The notes below the pieces were generated by a model that was not told where the DNA came from, made no database searches, and worked only from the letters and a program-made list of their open reading frames with translations. This document shows positions 60,101 through 64,000 of a stretch of 64,000 bases of DNA, in pieces. This DNA is from Podarcis gaigeae. Taxonomy: Eukaryota. Each line of letters opens with the position of its first letter. Positions within the stretch are counted from its first letter, which is position 1. The stretch lies in assembly GCA_964106915.2 (NCBI GenBank), contig OZ066926.1, one strand, 5' to 3'. The translations under genes were made by a program, and so were the position numbers.

Positions 60101-62572
60101 AGGTGGTGGTGGTGGTTTCTCTGGGAAGGTTTTGGGGCGATGGAGAGCAGGAGCTGGGTGGCTGTGCTAGTCTCACCTAGTGACTTCCAGGTCTTTAGCC
60201 TTTGCCTCTATATCTCTGATGCCTTTTCTCACCCGGGCAATGACCATCATGTCTGGAAGTAGCAAACCTGGACTGCTGGACAAAATGCCAACCATAACTA
60301 AATTGGGTTGGTTGTGGATCACGGCATATTCACCCGTCTTGGTTAACTGCATGGAGAGAGGAGGGTAAGGAGTCTGCTAAGAACGGAACAAATGCACGGG
60401 TGTTGGGCACCTCCAACAAGCTAGAGAACCTGGAACTGCAGAGAGTAACTAACAGGACATTTCCCCAGCTGTTCCTCAAAGGATGGCCTTCTGCAGGCCT
60501 GGAGTCTCTTCAACTCGCTATCAAAACCGGGTGGAAGGAGGCAGAAAATGGTCATTGCCTCTGGCTCCTCCTCCTGTTTGGGCTCCCTGACTCTCTGCCC
60601 TATCAGTTCCAATGGGCACCAGCAGTGGCAGATCTTGGGGTCTCACACTTCAGCGGTGCCCAAAATTTGGTGCACCCCACCTCTCATACTCCATTTCTAA
60701 ATCGTAGTTGTGACATTCCTTGGGTGGGCTCAGCCCCACCAACTGCATGGGGGGGGCTGAAGTCACCTTAGGAGTTGGCACCCCTCCTCCCGCAGGGAGC
60801 CATGCAAGAGAAATCTCTGCCTTCTGTATGAAAAAACCCCCACTGCCCGGCCATGACCAACGGTCCATCACCTGTAGAAAGGTCCCCTCAAAGATCTCCC
60901 CTTCTCCTAATGGAGAATACTCCGGCCTCCGCAGCAGCTGCTTGAGTCTCCCTGTTGCTGAGGACCGGCGCTGCGCAACCCGTCTGCCTCTGCGGGTTTT
61001 ACGTGGAGCCCTCCTCCACTGACGTTCTAGGAGACAGACGGGGAAATAAAAACAAACAAAAATAAAAAAATAAATCCCACCCTGATCCCTCCCCCCGACT
61101 AGAGGCCTCTCCCTTAAAATCACAGATTGCATGCACACACCGTATGTTCAAATTGAATTCCTCCAAAGAATCCCGGGTACTGCAGTTTGTTAAGGGGCTG
61201 GAAACTACAGTGGTACCTCGGGTTACATACGCTTCAGGTTACATACACTTCAGGTTACAGACTCCGCTAACCCAGAAATAGTGCTTCAGGTTAAGAATTT
61301 TGCTTCAGGATGAGAACAGAAATCGTGCTCCGGCGGCACAGCAGCAGCGGGAGGCCCCATTAGCTAGAGTGGTACCTCAGGTTAAGAACAGTTTCAGGTT
61401 AAGAACAGACCTCCAGAACAAATTAAGTACTTAACCCGAGGTACCACTGTATAGCTCTGTAAATACAGTTTCCAGGATTTTTCAGGAGGGTGTGTTGCTT
61501 TAACTGTGGGGGTAATTCTGTGGTGACATCATCTTTTGTGTTTTAGGTAACATTATTTGAACTCCAATTGTTTGTTAACTGGCTGGATCTTCCCTACAAA
61601 AATAATCAAGAAGTATGCCTCAGGAAGTTTGAATGCTTAATTCTTATTGTGATTTAAAAGATGTGGCCGGTGTAACAGTTCTGCAACCTTGATAATTCAT
61701 CTGGAACCATGATGTTCTCTCTAAAAGTATGAATTTGGGGGTGGGGAAAAACCATCTGTGGCAATATATGTAAAGAGCAAACCTTTCATGGGCGTCAAAA
61801 TGATGGTAATGTTCATTACAACAGTTTTTAAAGGCTTGTTTTCCCTCTGCCCGCTCTGTTGCTGAATGGAGCTGGTACTTTTACTCCAGGTTAAGACACA
61901 TTAGCTTTCTTTACACCAGTTTTTTGTACTGTACATAGGATTGTTCCCCTAATAATTATTAAATTATCAGGGGGGAAATCTGAAAGTCCTCAAAAGAGGT
62001 TTAAATGACACACATGACAACACTTGTATGCTATTTAAGTTGCACCATTGTGGCGTGACTTTGGTCACAATAAGAGCTGCATGTAAAACACTTTTCAGTT
62101 AATATCACAAATTTCTTAATGCTCCCTAGCTCAAAGAAAAGAATAAAGTTAGAATAAAGAATAGAGCTTTCTGTTATTTTTGGGGAGCGGGGGGAGTATG
62201 TTTTTTTTGTGACCAATGTAGCAAACTCAGTCAACATACATAAGTTTCATTGTTCTAAGCTCATCAGATTTCATTCCTAACGTAACATTTCTTGTCAGTT
62301 CACCAAGAAAGCAAGCAAAATTATCAATAGGGTCATGAAATGAACTTCTGAGCAAAATTAGAGAAATTCTGAGTCGCCTTGCATGCCACGATTCTGGTTG
62401 TTTTGCATGTGTACAAAACGCCTTTTTGGAAAACTGGGAAATTTTCTTTAGAATGCTATAGGACCTGTTAACTATATGTGAAAATCAAAAATGGAGTCTG
62501 TAGGTTGACACACCCCACCCAGCTCAACAACTCAGCATCTTAGCTCCTCCTACCTTGAGGGTGTTTGTTCAT
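54150..62572 (-). CDS. GARIN5B: Golgi-associated RAB2 interactor (GARIN/FAM71 family, DUF3699), probably GARIN5B/FAM71E2; middle and last exons partly uncertain
   Basis: Exons 62572-62554, 61026-60872, 60346-60177, 60063-59796, 59125-59028, 58791-~58677, ~57201-57161, ~56939-56890, 56179-55413, 55114-55071, 54941-~54853 and a terminal exon from 54299. Family motifs: FEGTFLQ, SSPGLLLPDMMVIAR, QLRVKMANGRKYYLQLC...W. Confidence 0.72.
54223..54270. repeat. (TTC)16 microsatellite, probably inside the GARIN terminal exon
   Basis: Direct reading; lies about 30 nt inside a CATTGCAG acceptor on the minus strand. Confidence 0.9.
54853..54941 (-). CDS. GARIN penultimate exon
   Basis: ARQRSSPTFITIYSVLSSSLERLKGK; two possible donors. 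Confidence 0.6.
55071..55114 (-). CDS. GARIN 44-nt exon
   Basis: RSNKSINKLGKALSS; phase 2 to 1; GTAAGA donor. Confidence 0.65.
55413..56179 (-). CDS. GARIN large Ser/Pro/Lys-rich exon with 41-aa repeats
   Basis: 767-nt open frame between a CCTTTCCAG acceptor and an AG|GTAAGC donor. Confidence 0.75.
55594..55956. repeat. Coding tandem repeat, about 3 x 123 bp
   Basis: CGGAGTTGTA recurs at 55596, 55719 and 55842. Confidence 0.95.
58677..58791 (-). CDS. GARIN exon (Ser/Pro-rich)
   Basis: Strong acceptor; GAPSPTQSRHVSVPP...; donor position uncertain. Confidence 0.55.
59028..59125 (-). CDS. GARIN exon
   Basis: HWLAIVMAEEDSNEIVKEQLREANLVKSTSRS; phase 0 to 2 links the neighbouring exons. Confidence 0.6.
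59171..59589 (+). mobile_element. RTE-BovB LINE 3' end
   Basis: IDAFELWCWRR, MRREDSLEKALMLGKMEGTRRRGRQRMRWLD; (CAA)n tail. Confidence 0.92.
59796..60063 (-). CDS. GARIN exon (DUF3699)
   Basis: LISLNLVAFQVHSMNERQLRVKMANGRKYYLQLCAPAGQEDIIFQRWLRLIYVL. Confidence 0.88.
60177..60346 (-). CDS. GARIN exon (DUF3699)
   Basis: LTKTGEYAVIHNQPNLVMVGILSSSPGLLLPDMMVIAR...LEVTR. Confidence 0.88.
60872..61026 (-). CDS. GARIN exon
   Basis: GRLKQLLRRPEYSPLGEGEIFEGTFLQ; family N-terminal motif. Confidence 0.85.
61208..61449. mobile_element. Tc1/mariner-type MITE with perfect TIRs
   Basis: TA|CAGTGGTACCTCGGGTTA...TAACCCGAGGTACCACTG|TA. Confidence 0.9.
62554..62572 (-). CDS. GARIN candidate start exon
   Basis: ATG AAC AAA CAC CCT CAA G|GTAGGA; phase 1 fits the next exon (MNKHPQ-ERQW). 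Confidence 0.55.
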
Positions 62573-64000
62573 AGCCGAGTTCCTAGGATCACAAAATGCT
62601 GTCTTTTGTGACTTAAAGGGTCAGTGTTCACAAACACCTCGTCTCCGCAACTGGTTCACCAGAAACTGATATGCACCCCTCTCCCAATGTAATATAATGT
62701 TGGCTTGCAAGCCTCCACATTGTGACATCAGCTGTCCAACAGGGGCCAGGCTGCTCCATTGTTGTCAGGCAGCTGAATGAATAGTAAAAGGGGACAGGGT
62801 CAAACATGGGCATAGCCAGGCTTTTGATGGGCAGGAATTATGGGGGGGGGGGGGGGACAGAAGCGAGCTTATTGCAACATGGTTGGTTGGTTGGTTGGTT
62901 GGTCAGTTAGTTTTTTTATTTATTTACTTGATTTAGGGGGGCAGATGCAGAAAGCGGACAGGGAAAAGTTCCACTCCCTCTCTAGTATGAGATCCACATC
63001 ACACATTTAAAGCACACCAGTGCACATTTAAAGCCCACAACGTCTCCCCCAAAGAATCTTGGTAACTGTAGCTGAAAACCCATTTGCTCCGACTAAGCGT
63101 GAAAGAGTGGTTTTCCCCAGTGGGAAAGAGCAGCAGTGAGGATAACCCCTGCATTGAGCACATCCAGTTCTTGAAAACTCCTCCAGTCGGTGGTGCACTT
63201 TGAAGCCTTCTCGGTGCTTAATGGCGGTAGCTGCGATTATCGCAACGCTCCTGTTTCTCTGTGGGACTCGCCTGCTAAAAGGCGTGCTGGTTTTATCAGT
63301 GTTGATGTCCATGCCCTTTGCTGGTTCTACTATGTGAGTTGTGTTTCTGGTCATCCCGTAGGAAGGAAAGCCCTCATTTTAGTAATGTCTGAACATCTAT
63401 TGAGAAAGGAGCAGATACACACACCAAAAGGTGTGTGTGAGGGTAGGACACCTTTTACAACAAATGGGGAACTTGTGGTGGGAGAAGCCAACAATAAATC
63501 CAGTTCGTGTGCAAACAAGAGGATAACCTGATGACAATGATGATGATAGTAGTAATAATAATAATTAAAGCTTTATTAGAAACCAACCCACAGAAATAGA
63601 CCCTGAGAGGCCGCCGGAGACCCTCACCCTTGGGCGAGACAGACAAACAAGGAACAGCAACCCTGAGAAACTTAACAGTGAGTTGTGTGTCCCGGCCGGC
63701 CCTAGCATCACTCCAAAACTGCAGCCAGGATCTGGTCAGCTAAATAGCACCGGGAACCAATTCAATCAATATTCCGCTTCCAGATCAAAGGCAGCACAGC
63801 AGGGAGAGAGCTCCCCCTTCAGGCCTCTCTGAGTAGTGCTGCCTCACAGCCTTCAACAAATCCATGCCTGTAGTTCAAGATTTCCCATGTCTTCTCCTTA
63901 TGTCTCAACCCGTAGAATCAAAAGTGCATCAAAGAATCACACGTGAAAGGAGGACGGGATGGTGGTGGTGGTTGTAGCTCCAATGCGCTTGGATGCTGCT

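Overview
Vertebrate nuclear DNA, almost certainly a lacertid lizard (Sauria/Squam1 SINEs with ACCTTT tails, a Squam3B-type SINE, BovB, Penelope, L1, L2, CR1 and many TA- and 8-bp-TSD MITEs). There are four intron-containing genes, all on the minus strand, which I spliced by hand from GT-AG sites and codon phases. (1) MAMSTR/MASTR: 10 coding exons, 21768 to 1512, 3' end off the window. It keeps a myocardin-like architecture (MEF2-binding N-terminus, RPEL, basic box, Q-rich, SAP, coiled coil). (2) RASIP1: complete, 11 coding exons, 40471 to 27148, 931 aa. (3) A COX6B gene, probably COX6B2: 3 coding exons, 98 aa, missed by the ORF track. (4) A GARIN/FAM71 gene, probably GARIN5B/FAM71E2, about 62572 to 54150, with a 3x123-bp coding tandem repeat and a decayed duplicate of its 3' exons at about 49976-51430. 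Other notable structure: two internal LINE ORF2 fragments flanked by long direct repeats; a Penelope insertion with inverted termini, each carrying a minimal hammerhead ribozyme motif; a SINE inserted about 15 nt from a RASIP1 splice acceptor; and a RASIP1-COX6B2 adjacency with no IZUMO1. There is one 200-N assembly gap at 22666-22865. Most entries in the ORF track are spurious. I found no clearly new biological system.
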